Origin: Pseudomonas phage PhiPA3
Sequence record: HQ630627.1
Reading direction: 5' to 3' (one strand)
Length of the DNA stretch: 64,000 nucleotides
In this document: piece after piece, positions 1 through 10,298 of the stretch
How the letters are laid out: each line of letters starts with the position of its first letter
How positions within the stretch are numbered: the first letter of the stretch is position 1
Program-made: the position numbers and the translations under genes
Notes under the pieces: generated by a model
What the model was told of the DNA's origin: nothing
Databases searched by the model: none
Seen by the model: only the letters and a program-made list of their open reading frames with translations

Positions 1-12
1 TGTCTAGACATA

Positions 13-384
13 ATGCAAAAGGACTTTTTCATGCCTTTATACCAAGCGATTCAACCGCTTATTGAAGCACATCCTTGGACCAAGAACGGTGATCACCCAA
101 TGGATCGTACCGTTAATAACATCAACGAAGGGGCCGTCGTAGGGCGACATCCTTCTAGTTGGGACCCCACAGGTGACACGGTTTGTAAAACGTGTGATCG
201 TCCCATGAGAGAACACGGTATCCTGAAAATTGCCGCTAAAGATAGCCCATCTGTGGTCTGTCCAGGCGATTATATTGAAACAATACGTGATCCGAAACAA
301 CGGATCATGGGTTATCGCCTACACCACAAGAAAAGCTTTGAGTCTAAGTTTGAAAAAGTAATCACACAAAAGGTTAAGAAATGA
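13..384 (+). CDS. hypothetical protein (Cys-containing: CKTC...C...VCPGD)
   Basis: 123-aa ORF; stop overlaps next start (ATGA) suggesting translational coupling. Confidence 0.5.
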   Translation: MQKDFFMPLYQAIQPLIEAHPWTKNGDHPMDRTVNNINEGAVVGRHPSSWDPTGDTVCKTCDRPMREHGILKIAAKDSPSVVCPGDYIETIRDPKQRIMGYRLHHKKSFESKFEKVITQKVKK

Positions 385-974
385 CTGACGTCGCCTACCC
401 CTACCTGGAAACCTCCACTCTGTTTGACAATATCGTCAAAGGGCAGATTCTTGAACCAGATGCAGAGAGTCCCCAACTGAGTCATGTTCTGAAGATTACC
501 GATGCGGCTGGTATTGGCCACGAGGTAACGTTCTTCCAGTTATCGATTCTGTTGGCTATTTTGCAAGGCAATAAACATGAGCTGACTGACAATCAACCAC
601 ATCAATATCTGGTCAACCAATGGGTGCTGACTGATCTGCACAACATCTACGATGAAGGCTACGTGATGACCTCTCATCGGGTTATCGTAGATCACGTTGA
701 AGAAGTCGCTACCTTCACAGGTACTCTGGTACACCAGAAGACAATCCGTTCCCACCCGAACTGGCAGGAAGGCTTCACCGCACCGGTTAAAGAATTTGAG
801 TTCAATCTGGAGAACTTCGGGATTTTCCATCAGATCGTTTTCAGTCAGTGTATTGCTAACCTGACTCCGGAACTGGACTGGGTGGCGCGCACCTTCGGTC
901 ATTCGTACATCTTTGAGATGGAAGGGCGTAACGTTCGAGTAGCTAGCATTCAGGAAGAAGGAACCACTGAATGA
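381..974 (+). CDS. hypothetical protein
   Basis: 197-aa ORF, ATGA overlaps at both ends with flanking genes. Confidence 0.5.
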   Translation: MTDVAYPYLETSTLFDNIVKGQILEPDAESPQLSHVLKITDAAGIGHEVTFFQLSILLAILQGNKHELTDNQPHQYLVNQWVLTDLHNIYDEGYVMTSHRVIVDHVEEVATFTGTLVHQKTIRSHPNWQEGFTAPVKEFEFNLENFGIFHQIVFSQCIANLTPELDWVARTFGHSYIFEMEGRNVRVASIQEEGTTE

Positions 975-1492
975 AGCTTGCGTTAATCGTAGCTGCTTCT
1001 AAGAACGAGGTCATCGGTGTGAATGGGGAAATCCCATGGCACATCCCCGAAGACTTCAAATGGTTCAAAGAGAAAACCTTGGGCCATCCAGTGATCATGG
1101 GTCGTAAGACCTGGGAATCCATTGGTCGTCCTTTGCCGGGTCGTCTGAATATCGTGGTCAGTTCTACGATGACGCGTGGCCACGAGAACATCATCGTCGT
1201 ACCGACTCTACAAGCTGGTATTAAGCTGGCTGAAGAACAAGGTGCTGAGAAAGCCTTTGTGATCGGTGGGGAACGGATGTACCATGAAGCCCGTCCGTGG
1301 GTTAACGATATCTATCTGACACAAGTAGATACCCTGGTGGAGTACACGGCTGGAGCTGACGTGGCTAAGTTCCCCATTCGTCATCAGTTCCCTCCGGTAC
1401 ATTGGCGTCTTCAATCTGGCGTCAAAGGTGTGACTCAAGCAGAACGTAATCCGGGACTGGGTTATGAACTCCAGCATTGGGTAAGGAGATAA
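971..1492 (+). CDS. folA: dihydrofolate reductase
   Basis: Translation contains [26 protein letters not shown] nearly identical to E. coli FolA [26 protein letters not shown]; N-terminal [18 protein letters not shown], VIGG and a LYLT-like block; size 173 aa. Confidence 0.9.
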   Translation: [173 protein letters not shown]

Positions 1493-1493
1493 C

Positions 1494-1709
1494 ATGTACC
1501 TGATCGGTTGTCTAGCTGCAATCGTAATGGTTGCCTCATTGATCTACATGATCGCTGGCTCTATTACCCAGGACTACCATGCACATTTCCACAAGATCTT
1601 TCCAGACAACTGGTCAGCTTATGGTCTCCGTTGGTTGTTCGGTAGCTGCGCAGTGATGTTGCTTACCTGGGGACCCCTTAAGGATATTTCCTTAACGGTG
1701 TGTCATTAA
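1494..1709 (+). CDS. small hydrophobic (membrane) protein
   Basis: 71 aa, strong RBS AAGGAG 8 nt upstream, N-terminal TM segment LIGCLAAIVMVASLIYMIAG. Confidence 0.5.
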   Translation: MYLIGCLAAIVMVASLIYMIAGSITQDYHAHFHKIFPDNWSAYGLRWLFGSCAVMLLTWGPLKDISLTVCH

Positions 1710-1715
1710 CATATC

Positions 1716-1745
1716 GCCCAGCTTCGGCTGGGCTTTATGCCGCAA
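1716..1745 (+). terminator. hairpin GCCCAGC-TTCG-GCTGGGC followed by TTTATGCC
   Basis: Perfect 7-bp stem with UUCG tetraloop; near-identical to the element at 29036. Confidence 0.55.
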
Positions 1746-1777
1746 TTTTATGCGGGGTTCATTATAAGGAAATGGCT

Positions 1778-2272
1778 ATGAGCGACTTCACAAGGTTCAG
1801 TGGTGACCTGGACACAACGTATGACAAGGCTGCTTCTAAAGAGCTGGGTAAAGATTACTGGCGAGTAACGACCGCGTTCGACTACAAGATCGGTTCGGAA
1901 GACTCTAACAAGAAAGTCTCGATTGCTAAAGGCTATCTGACTGATGGCGCTTCGGTTCCGTTCTTTCTGTGGTGGCTGTTGCCGGCCTGGGGTGAGTACG
2001 GCCAAGCAGCTGTCGTGCATGACAAGCTCTGTGAGACATGGAAGATTATTGAGATTGTTGAAGGTAACGAAATCGAGCGAGACATTGATCGGGCCGAGTG
2101 TGATCGCATTCTCTATGAAGCGATGCGAGTACTGGAAGTAGAAGCCTGGCGGCGTGTGGCTATTCAGATTGGAGTAGACCTGTATCGGTTCCTGCGGCGT
2201 CCATCCAAACCAACCAAGAACAAAAAGAAGCTCCAACTCGAAAAGGGCTATGGACTTCCTGTTGCAGCTTGA
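1778..2272 (+). CDS. DUF1353-like phage protein
   Basis: Motif YLTDGASVPFF...W...AAVVHDKLCE resembles the DUF1353 signature (DGASxP...HD); start chosen at ATG 1778 downstream of the hairpin/TTTATGCC element at 1716-1745 with RBS AAGGA (ORF track starts at 1700, inside the terminator). Confidence 0.45.
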   Translation: MSDFTRFSGDLDTTYDKAASKELGKDYWRVTTAFDYKIGSEDSNKKVSIAKGYLTDGASVPFFLWWLLPAWGEYGQAAVVHDKLCETWKIIEIVEGNEIERDIDRAECDRILYEAMRVLEVEAWRRVAIQIGVDLYRFLRRPSKPTKNKKKLQLEKGYGLPVAA

Positions 2273-2278
2273 TATACT

Positions 2279-2308
2279 GGCCTCTCCTTCGGGAGAGGCT
2301 TTTTATAT
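2279..2308 (+). terminator. intrinsic terminator
   Basis: GGCCTCTCC-TTCG-GGAGAGGC followed by TTTTTATATT. Confidence 0.7.
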
Positions 2309-2325
2309 TCGAAGTGTTTAAAAGC

Positions 2326-2335
2326 CTATATTACA
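2326..2335 (+). promoter_or_regulatory. promoter-like motif CTATATTACA (class A)
   Basis: One of five near-identical copies (2326, 13721, 20300, 48678, 60360), each 23-53 nt upstream of a + strand start, sharing context A..(C/T)CTATATTACA..TG; resembles the AT-rich phiKZ early-promoter consensus TATATTAC as I recall it. Confidence 0.5.
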
Positions 2336-2387
2336 ACCGTGATGTTCAAGAGAATATCATCGATCCAAAACCAAAAGGAGCTTTACT

Positions 2388-2612
2388 TTGGATAAATTAA
2401 GACTCATGAACAGCATGACGCTTCTGGTTCTTCGAGGGCAGCGTCAAATCCAATTGCCTCGCTATCGTCTGGTGGTGATGCAAGATGGAATCAACGTCTA
2501 CAAAGACGGTGTGCTGGTTGAGAAGCTGGAGCATGAAAAAGCTCCAGAGATGCCAACCGATGAACTGCAAACGGTTCTGGACCTCGCCATCGAGGTCACG
2601 GCAAAGTTCTAA
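2388..2612 (+). CDS. hypothetical protein (TTG start uncertain)
   Basis: 74-aa ORF between promoter-like motif 2326-2335 and terminator 2619; RBS AAGGAG at 2371. Confidence 0.4.
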   Translation: MDKLRLMNSMTLLVLRGQRQIQLPRYRLVVMQDGINVYKDGVLVEKLEHEKAPEMPTDELQTVLDLAIEVTAKF

Positions 2613-2618
2613 CACTAC

Positions 2619-2660
2619 GGCCCTCTCCTTCGGGAGAGGGCTTTATGCCATATTTTTTTT
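2619..2660 (+). terminator. intrinsic terminator (first of a tandem pair)
   Basis: GGCCCTCTCC-TTCG-GGAGAGGGC, then CTTTATGCCATATTTTTTTT. Confidence 0.7.
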
Positions 2661-2661
2661 G

Positions 2662-2714
2662 CGTTATAAAGCCCCTCCATTACGGAGGGGCCATATGTCG
2701 TTTTTCTTTTACCA
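2662..2714. terminator. bidirectional terminator hairpin
   Basis: GCCCCTCC-ATTA-CGGAGGGGC; T-runs on both strands (TTTTTCTTTT on +, TTTATAACGC on -); terminates the minus-strand terminase gene. Confidence 0.6.
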
Positions 2715-4910
2715 GCTAAAACTATTGGCGTGGCGTCGAGTCCGTTCAGTGCCGTAGATACGGTCATCACGGAAACGATTAGTCCGCACTTTACGGGTAC
2801 GTTCATCCTTGACCTGTTTGATCATGGCGTCAATACCCACGCCAGCTTGTTCTTCCAAGTCAATGTGTTTCGACAGGGAACGTAGACGCATCTCCAACTT
2901 AGTGATAACGAATGGGTTGGCTTCAGCTTTAAGCTGTTCCAGCAATTCATCAAACTCGGCTTTCTGTTGTTTCTTCTTGTCTTCCTTATACTTCTCCAGA
3001 GCGGTAGGTTCTGTGTCACGCAGAACAGCGCGAGAGAAGATAGTTGACGGGTTAATACCGTAGTAGGACAAGTGTTGGCCACGGATCAATACCCAGTGAG
3101 CCAGCAACATCGATACGACCATGTCATCATGATTATCGCGAGTGTGGTCAATCCGACCATTCTTGATAATCATAGCCAGTAGCTCAACAATAAGCTGTTT
3201 GTCTTTCATCCGACGAGAACCAAACTCCATCGAGCTTGGAAGGGCTTCTAAGAACAAGCTGTTACGAGAATAACGACCACCACCAGAAGTATTGAAACCG
3301 AAGTAACGCTTGAAGCGATCGTAGAACCCAGCGTGCCGCATAGACAGCGGAGTTTGGATATCACGGAACTCAGATTCAAGTACTGTGTGTTCATCCACAA
3401 TCCGGTTAAAGATACGTTTGAATGGGTCAATACCGACTTTGTGTAGCTCAAGGATAACAATGTCAATCAGAGCTGTACCCATCGACTTGCGTTCAGGAAC
3501 CCACAGGATGTTTGGGTATTTGATCAGCATCTGAGCAAAGAACTTAGCTAGAACCGGAACCGAAGTTTCGTTATAGCGACCAGCACAAATCACTTCGTGG
3601 GTTTCAACGTCAATCACTACAGCACCAGTAGCATCGTTGTCTTTACCGAGTAGTTCACTCGGGTCAGTACCCATGACAAATCTACCATTAGCCATTCTCA
3701 ATTCAATTTCTGGTTTCGGTATGTACCAACGTAAGGCGTAACCGTCAGCTGTCAGTTCAGTCCACAGTGGTTCGTTCTCAGATTCCTTCAGTTGTTTCTT
3801 CTGCTCGGGGCTTAGCGGAGAACCTTCACCCCCCACAGTCCAGACATTGAAGAAGTCGCGGTCTGCAATTTCCCCGAACGAACCAGATTCACGTAGTGTA
3901 TTGAACATCCATTGATCATCGCGTCCCAACTGTCTATGGTTAAACGCACCATAGATCAGAGGCTTCTTACCGGTCGAGCCTTTCTCTACCACCAGATGAA
4001 GCGCACGTTCGTTTGGTAGGTCAAAGTAAGATTCATCCCAGATTGCCCCACCCGTCAGGAACTTGTGAGCGAACTCACCATCACGTGTAGTGATGTTACC
4101 CGCGGTAGTTGTGAAGATGTTACCGTAAGGTTGGTTATTCATTCGCGCTTCGTCACGTGCAGCAGAACCTGACGCCAGTGCTACCGGAAGCGATACTTCA
4201 ATCAAGTTGATGTAGGCAAATTCGTCAAACTGCATGATTGGTACAGTAAGACCACGACCCAGTTTGTCTGCGGCAATACGGTCGTTACGACCTACAGCTG
4301 ATTTGTAACGATTACCAAGACGAACACATGTGAGCATCTCGGAATTGTCCACGTCATCACGGCTGATCATGTCGATGTAATCCGGGAGCAGTTCCCGCAT
4401 CTCTTTCAAACGCTCAATGTTCGCATTTCGCAGTTTGTTATCTTTCGTGATCAGGTTAATCGTGGTTTTCTCACCCCAGATATACATCATGCCGGTGTTG
4501 AGAATGTCAGTGGATACTGATTTACCTGTCTGACGTGGTTGAAGTAGTCCGAAGTCAACATGGTTAAAGAAACTCCAGTACAGTGCAATGTTTCCCCGAT
4601 TGGCACGGAACCTAGCTGGAACGCTACCAGAAGTCGCCGGCACACGAGCCACCTCACGGAAGTAATACCACGGGTTATATTTGCACTCTAAAGCGATCTT
4701 TATTTTGGTTGCGTCGTCCAAGTTCGGGTCGTATGGATCAACTCCCTGAAGATCTGGCTGAAGCAATGCAAGAATGAATTTCCAGTTCTCAACTTTCAGT
4801 TTATTCTTGTAAAGATCTGCGAGTTTTAGGAAGGTCTTATTTGAAGTTTTGGTGTCTGCAATGGCGGTTGGGAAGCGTTCCCAATCGCTGCGGAATAAAA
4901 TAACATCCAT
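2709..4910 (-). CDS. terL: terminase large subunit (T4 gp17-like)
   Basis: 733 aa; Walker A-like LLQPRQTGKSVS (compare T4 gp17 SRQLGKT), Walker B-like VPIMQFDEFAY (hhhhDE), acidic nuclease-like C-terminal half. Confidence 0.8.
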   Translation of the reverse strand: MDVILFRSDWERFPTAIADTKTSNKTFLKLADLYKNKLKVENWKFILALLQPDLQGVDPYDPNLDDATKIKIALECKYNPWYYFREVARVPATSGSVPARFRANRGNIALYWSFFNHVDFGLLQPRQTGKSVSTDILNTGMMYIWGEKTTINLITKDNKLRNANIERLKEMRELLPDYIDMISRDDVDNSEMLTCVRLGNRYKSAVGRNDRIAADKLGRGLTVPIMQFDEFAYINLIEVSLPVALASGSAARDEARMNNQPYGNIFTTTAGNITTRDGEFAHKFLTGGAIWDESYFDLPNERALHLVVEKGSTGKKPLIYGAFNHRQLGRDDQWMFNTLRESGSFGEIADRDFFNVWTVGGEGSPLSPEQKKQLKESENEPLWTELTADGYALRWYIPKPEIELRMANGRFVMGTDPSELLGKDNDATGAVVIDVETHEVICAGRYNETSVPVLAKFFAQMLIKYPNILWVPERKSMGTALIDIVILELHKVGIDPFKRIFNRIVDEHTVLESEFRDIQTPLSMRHAGFYDRFKRYFGFNTSGGGRYSRNSLFLEALPSSMEFGSRRMKDKQLIVELLAMIIKNGRIDHTRDNHDDMVVSMLLAHWVLIRGQHLSYYGINPSTIFSRAVLRDTEPTALEKYKEDKKKQQKAEFDELLEQLKAEANPFVITKLEMRLRSLSKHIDLEEQAGVGIDAMIKQVKDERTRKVRTNRFRDDRIYGTERTRRHANSFSW

Positions 4911-4939
4911 GATGCTTTCCTTAGAATAAGCATAGCTCT

Positions 4940-4976
4940 ATACCGTTAGGGCATAAAAGCCCCGCCAATAGCGGGG
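4940..4976 (-). terminator. minus-strand terminator
   Basis: GCCCCGC-TATTG-GCGGGGC on the minus strand followed by TTTTATGCCC. Confidence 0.6.
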
Positions 4977-4989
4977 CTCGTATGTTTTG

Positions 4990-6648
4990 TTACGACCTAC
5001 GGTATACTGGGACAGCAGTCATAGCCAGCTGTAAGTCCTGCGATGCGAGACGTTTAATCCACTGTATATACAAGAGTTCACCATTGTTCAGCAGATCGTT
5101 GTTAACCCGCAGAACCTGGTTCCATTGCTCAACCGAGAACTCGTACGTGTTGTGCAGGAAGATACAACGGAAGTGAGTCGGGGTTGGTGCCACGGCTTCA
5201 GAAGCCGGGTTGACCAACGGCTCAGCCGCCTCGTACATCTTGCGTAGCCACGCTTCTTTGGTACTGGCACCGTTTGCCAAACGCAGATCCCATGCGTTGG
5301 TCTGAATGTAATCCAGATCAGCAATGAGATCACGGCCATAGCTGGCACCGGAGTCTGGACGCGGGTAGACTTCCCACTTCGCTTGAGTCTCACCCGATTG
5401 CAGCAAGGCAATCTGGAAGGTCGTGGTGAAGCGGTGAGGTGCAAAGCGACCATCAACCTTGTTCAGGTTAACAGCGTATTGCAGTGTCTGAAGAGTACCA
5501 TAGGCTTTCGGGTCGTACGGAGCCGAGTTGGTACCCAGTTCCACCAGAGCGGTAACGTTGTAGAAACGTGCACGATCCAGGTTGTACAGCCAGAACTCCA
5601 GACGGTAACCGGTGATAGCGTTGACCCATACTGGATAGACGAACAGACGACACTCATAAGCGCCATCAGCTGCTACCGTACGAGCTACGTAGTTCTCAGT
5701 AACCGAGCGATCAGCCGTTGGAGTAAGGGCGTAAGAGATCTCATCTTCGGCCAGCTTGTATACCAGCGTTAGAGGGAACTCTTGATCAATCTCGGTAGCG
5801 ATGTAATTCTCCAGACCCAACAGAGACATTTGGGTGGTGTTAATACCCAGACGAATCTGATTCCCGCCACGGTACGTTACCACACCGGTCATCGGGAGCG
5901 ACTCAACAGTAACGTTAAGTGGGAACTCGATTACCTTCGGATCAGAAGCAGACAGGAACGGAGTATCAATGGAGATACCCTTGACGTAACGTTTTGACTT
6001 GTCGGATTGGCGAATGGCTTCAGTATTCTGAATAAGAAGCTGGGCAATCGAAACCACCCCACCCTTATCGTCATACGCTACCAGTGTAACCTTCTCACCG
6101 TCGGTCAGTTCTTCAGCAGTGAATCCAACCATCGGAGCTTTGATGACCGTCTGAGCACTACCCGGTACCGGTACAGTTTCAACCGGTATCATCGGACCCA
6201 TGTATTCACCCGAGGGATCGTAGAAGGCCGAAATGATCTTACCGAACTCTTCCGAGATATCACTACCCAGGAAGACTTTGTAGCCAGCGACCATCGAACC
6301 ATAGAAATGTAACCGACGATCAGGGGCTAAGGTGTGAGGGGTAACCGAGGTGTCCAGGAAGCAACGATAACTTTCCGAACTGTAACCTGGACCAACACCC
6401 ACCAGAACGTTTTCATCGCCATCAGGATCACTGGCCGCCGGTGGAGACCACGGAGCCAGTTTAGCAATGTAGGTACCCAGTTCCAGTTCCGTTACACGGA
6501 AGAAACCTTGTGCCCAGTCTACGACACCATCCCCAACATTGGGGATGTATTTATCGGTCTGACCTACTTCCTGCTTAATCTGATCCCGACTCCACCAACG
6601 GAACGATCGAGTGGGATCATAAAAGTTTGTTTTGTCATAATCAGCCAT
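4990..6648 (-). CDS. hypothetical protein (possibly virion/structural)
   Basis: 552-aa ORF in a minus-strand operon upstream of the terminase; followed by minus-strand terminator at 4940-4976. Confidence 0.55.
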   Translation of the reverse strand: MADYDKTNFYDPTRSFRWWSRDQIKQEVGQTDKYIPNVGDGVVDWAQGFFRVTELELGTYIAKLAPWSPPAASDPDGDENVLVGVGPGYSSESYRCFLDTSVTPHTLAPDRRLHFYGSMVAGYKVFLGSDISEEFGKIISAFYDPSGEYMGPMIPVETVPVPGSAQTVIKAPMVGFTAEELTDGEKVTLVAYDDKGGVVSIAQLLIQNTEAIRQSDKSKRYVKGISIDTPFLSASDPKVIEFPLNVTVESLPMTGVVTYRGGNQIRLGINTTQMSLLGLENYIATEIDQEFPLTLVYKLAEDEISYALTPTADRSVTENYVARTVAADGAYECRLFVYPVWVNAITGYRLEFWLYNLDRARFYNVTALVELGTNSAPYDPKAYGTLQTLQYAVNLNKVDGRFAPHRFTTTFQIALLQSGETQAKWEVYPRPDSGASYGRDLIADLDYIQTNAWDLRLANGASTKEAWLRKMYEAAEPLVNPASEAVAPTPTHFRCIFLHNTYEFSVEQWNQVLRVNNDLLNNGELLYIQWIKRLASQDLQLAMTAVPVYRRS

Positions 6649-6663
6649 GTGATTACGTCCTCG

Positions 6664-9348
6664 TTAAGAAACGGTAAAGAATGGGGAGATATCCATCGGC
6701 TGACGTAGATACAGCTTAATGATCCTGACGTAGTAGTCATACTCATCGCTGGTCAAACTCACCGGGGAAGTCTCCCAATGTGGGAAAACTTTCACATGGT
6801 TGGTGTTGTAACCGTTGTTGAGGATGTCGTACTCTTGTAACCACTCGTAAGACTTGAGTTGGTCTACGATGTCTTGATCTGAGTAATGACCATTGACAAA
6901 CGGAGGCTTGAGGTTACCATTCTTGATCTCTTTCACAATACGGTTCGAGAAAGCCGAATATACCGTGTAGTGATCAGTGATCAAGTCGTCGGACGTATGG
7001 ACTGTCTGACCGAAGTAAGCCGTCAAGTAATCGCTGGCTTGCTGGTCTTTCTCATCATCAATGATTCGGGCTTTAGTGTCCGTATCGTAAACGTCTTTGA
7101 AAGTAACCTGTGGGGTTTGGATCTGGAACGGGGCACCGTTACGCTCGCCGGGAGTGGTGAGTGTATTACGGTCTTCATCAAACACAATGTCCGCCGGATC
7201 TTTATAGTGTCCGTCAATGATAATTCTCTGCATCTTGTTGGTATGGATGTTGAACCTGGAGTCAGACGACACCAAACCATACTCGATGAAGCCAATTTCA
7301 CCCGGTGGATACTGCTTAAGATCAGTAGTACAGAAACCTGTACCACGAACCAGAACTGTGTTGATCCCACCTACATTACGATATTCAAGGTTAGACATCA
7401 CAGTACGTGTCCCTTTCTGGATATAGTCCAACCCACTGATAACCGGACGGTTATTCAGGAATACGTCGTACTGACCAAATGGGATTTCTAGCAGTTTGTT
7501 AACTGCCTCGCCATTATGGGTTTCCCAGTTATCCAAAGCCCACCAGATTAAGCCAGCATCGTCACTGAACCGCATTTCCTTCATGTAGAAGCGGTGATCA
7601 CGTCGAACATAGCCGTACCACTTCGTTGGATCGATAGTCCACTGCCAAATCGGTTCATCGCCTGTATTGTCCAAAAACCCCCAATCACTGCGGTTTTCTA
7701 ACTCCGTAATGTCTTTCCATTCATTGGTGACAACACCCGCCCACACAGGGGAGACATAGACACGGAAGTTATAACCGCCAGGAAGGGGTACAGGAGCGTT
7801 ACCATAAGTGCCATCAAGATCAGTCGAGCCTTGACCTGTGATCGCCTCGATCATCGCACAGTCGGCGTTTTGGATAGGCCAACGCTTACCCGCAGTATGG
7901 TAGTAATACCCCAACAGAATTCCTTGCGCATTATACTCGAAGATGGTGGCATCTTCCCAGTAGTTGTATGCAAGATCAGCATATCGCTGTGTCTGGTCGG
8001 TATAGACCTTACTCGGATTATGCGCTTGGATATTAGCCGCTTCGTGATAACCGAAGACATCTCCTGCAAAGTTCTGTGCTGCTACCTTACCACTGGAAGT
8101 TGCATCAGGATCTTGGAAAGCGATTGGGTAGATCACATCCGGATGAGCCGACATGAACTGAACATACGCTGCACGTTCTAAGTTCTCAGCTCGCCAGATC
8201 GGACAAGTAGCATCCGCGCCAGTCATAGCGCGAACGATGTCCTGATCTTTCAATCGATACAGTAGATTGATGCGAGATGATTCCGCTACCAATGGTCGAT
8301 CATAACCGGAATGGCGAATATACAAACGTAGTACCAATCCAGCTGTACCAGTCCACTTGTCAGAAGGCCACCGAGTTGGGTTAGCTGCATGTCGAGGATC
8401 TTCCGGATGGTTAACGATGAAGGTATCAATGCGCGCGACTGGGACTGAGTAGTCCTTGTGCGTCAGCATACGCATCCAATTACCTTCATTGTGATGGTAC
8501 ATAACACCCATGAACCGATCCGCCGTGGAACCAGTTTTGATTAGATAAGCATCGATATCATCGAAGTAATCTATCGTTTTTACTGTGGGGTCATTGTAGT
8601 GCAGGATGTACTTACGTTCTTGGTCGAGACTCGAATTAAACACCGGCAATGAGGAAATCGGGAAATCCACGACTTTCTTAATCGATGGGTCCAGTACGAA
8701 TTCACAATAGTCTCCGACGCCTGCGGTGGTGAGAGAGATCTCATTGACGATACGACCGTTAACGAAATACTGGGGATATCCACCCTTCTCTGCCACCAGA
8801 TCCATCAAGGTGATCTGGAATGCACGCAGTTCCGCATCTGATTTCGGTACGAGTGTCCGCACATCGATCCAACGTTTATTAGCATCACTGCTACGTTTTG
8901 ATTCGAAATAGGCGTTGGAATATACGTGTAGATAAGGTTTGAATGTATCGAGGTCTGGATACCGATCATTGATACGAACAGCAATGAGCAGGTTCTGACT
9001 CGATGTGATCATCAGGAAAGTTTCAGAGCGGGGGAATTGAATGCCACTTGTGACATACACCTCACTCAACAGCTGGTACGTATTGGCAAGAGCAGTAAGC
9101 GACATCCATTGATTCTTCAGTTTGGGTAAACCCATGAGCTGAGGAACCATTTGGCCGATCTGGTAAACATGCCAGAAGTCTTTAAAGCTTACGGTCGGTA
9201 AAGCAATACGTTCATGATCGACCACGTAGTTTCCCCGCACACCGTAGCGCGGGGTAAGTTGGCGAATTTCATAAACGTATTGTTTATCTTGCGTTGGGTT
9301 ACACCAGACTGTATCGATCGCATGACGCAAAAGATAGTCGTTCATCAT
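6664..9348 (-). CDS. large hypothetical protein (Trp-rich; possible structural)
   Basis: 894-aa ORF, tightly packed with neighbours (15-nt and 8-nt spacers). Confidence 0.55.
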   Translation of the reverse strand: MMNDYLLRHAIDTVWCNPTQDKQYVYEIRQLTPRYGVRGNYVVDHERIALPTVSFKDFWHVYQIGQMVPQLMGLPKLKNQWMSLTALANTYQLLSEVYVTSGIQFPRSETFLMITSSQNLLIAVRINDRYPDLDTFKPYLHVYSNAYFESKRSSDANKRWIDVRTLVPKSDAELRAFQITLMDLVAEKGGYPQYFVNGRIVNEISLTTAGVGDYCEFVLDPSIKKVVDFPISSLPVFNSSLDQERKYILHYNDPTVKTIDYFDDIDAYLIKTGSTADRFMGVMYHHNEGNWMRMLTHKDYSVPVARIDTFIVNHPEDPRHAANPTRWPSDKWTGTAGLVLRLYIRHSGYDRPLVAESSRINLLYRLKDQDIVRAMTGADATCPIWRAENLERAAYVQFMSAHPDVIYPIAFQDPDATSSGKVAAQNFAGDVFGYHEAANIQAHNPSKVYTDQTQRYADLAYNYWEDATIFEYNAQGILLGYYYHTAGKRWPIQNADCAMIEAITGQGSTDLDGTYGNAPVPLPGGYNFRVYVSPVWAGVVTNEWKDITELENRSDWGFLDNTGDEPIWQWTIDPTKWYGYVRRDHRFYMKEMRFSDDAGLIWWALDNWETHNGEAVNKLLEIPFGQYDVFLNNRPVISGLDYIQKGTRTVMSNLEYRNVGGINTVLVRGTGFCTTDLKQYPPGEIGFIEYGLVSSDSRFNIHTNKMQRIIIDGHYKDPADIVFDEDRNTLTTPGERNGAPFQIQTPQVTFKDVYDTDTKARIIDDEKDQQASDYLTAYFGQTVHTSDDLITDHYTVYSAFSNRIVKEIKNGNLKPPFVNGHYSDQDIVDQLKSYEWLQEYDILNNGYNTNHVKVFPHWETSPVSLTSDEYDYYVRIIKLYLRQPMDISPFFTVS

Positions 9349-9356
9349 TCACCCAG

Positions 9357-10298
9357 TCAAACTTGGTTAGAGAATTGTTCCGCAACTGCCTTGAAAACAA
9401 GGTCAGTGAACTGACGATCTTCATTACCCCGAGCAAGAGTTTCAGCTCGTTGGGTAATTACTGTTTTACGGTATGAGCGTTCCGCAAATGCCATATACAA
9501 CATCGCAGTAAATGTTGGCAAATGTTCAAGTGCTACACCTACGTTTTCACGGGCATTTACCCCGAACCACGAAGTCGATAGCAACAAGAACAAATCCGCG
9601 AACTTCAGGTCGCCTGTGCGGTCTTGACGAGAGTTCGTCGACATCTCATGGACAAGGTCAGTTGCATTACGTAGCGGACCCAATACGTCAGCGATATCCA
9701 TCACGAACTCAATCGGAACAGAAGTTGCTTTGGCGACGATCGGTGCAAAGCGGTGACGAAAGTCAACGTTTACATCACGAAGTTCCGGAACGCACATCGC
9801 ATAGAAGTAGTATGCAGTGATCACATACAGTGCCATCTGGGATTCCGGAGGCAGGTTGTATTTAGTAATCAATGCACCACTAACCCAACGGTTGAATACT
9901 TTAGCGGGCAGATCGCCCAGGCGGCTAAAGAATCCTTCGTCACCCAAGATCAGGCGATTGGTCAGTGCCAAACGAACACACTGGAATTGCCAGTCGTTAT
10001 TTGCAACCAATCTGTATTGCTCTGATCGCGGATCATATTTCATGTATTGGCGACTGTCTACAAGAAGGCGCGGTTTATTCGGTTCGCCGATATTGATAAT
10101 CTGAGTGAAGTTCTGAATATCTTCATGCTCATCTCGGGGCGTTACGAAACCAGAACTAGCCAACGTGTTTCCATGGGGTGTCATCACCGCAGGAAAAGGC
10201 AACGTTAGCTCTGCCCTTTTGACTTGATTGAAAAGTTGGTCAAGTTTGTTCTTGGGATAGATACTGCAAACAGTCGTCTGATACGGTAGTGTAAACAT
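9357..10298 (-). CDS. hypothetical protein
   Basis: 313-aa ORF, first gene of the minus operon diverging from the sheath gene. Confidence 0.5.
   Translation of the reverse strand: MFTLPYQTTVCSIYPKNKLDQLFNQVKRAELTLPFPAVMTPHGNTLASSGFVTPRDEHEDIQNFTQIINIGEPNKPRLLVDSRQYMKYDPRSEQYRLVANNDWQFQCVRLALTNRLILGDEGFFSRLGDLPAKVFNRWVSGALITKYNLPPESQMALYVITAYYFYAMCVPELRDVNVDFRHRFAPIVAKATSVPIEFVMDIADVLGPLRNATDLVHEMSTNSRQDRTGDLKFADLFLLLSTSWFGVNARENVGVALEHLPTFTAMLYMAFAERSYRKTVITQRAETLARGNEDRQFTDLVFKAVAEQFSNQV

Noticed and set aside
381-974. Thymidylate synthase (ThyA or ThyX) next to DHFR
   Set aside because: The classic DHFR-TS pairing was considered, but the 197-aa product lacks the ThyA active-site block (PCH..FQFYV) and the ThyX RHRxxxxxS motif. 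Left as hypothetical.
2822-3466. Short ORFs embedded in large genes, e.g. 2809-3063(+), 2822-3082(-), 3248-3466(-), and the many 60-120 aa ORFs antisense to the sheath, RNAP or terminase genes
   Set aside because: They lie fully inside well-supported longer genes on the same or opposite strand, lack an RBS, and have atypical composition. Six-frame noise.
6664-9348. Portal protein call for the 894-aa ORF upstream of the terminase
   Set aside because: Only size and proximity to the terminase suggest it; no recognisable portal motifs by eye. Left as a large hypothetical protein.
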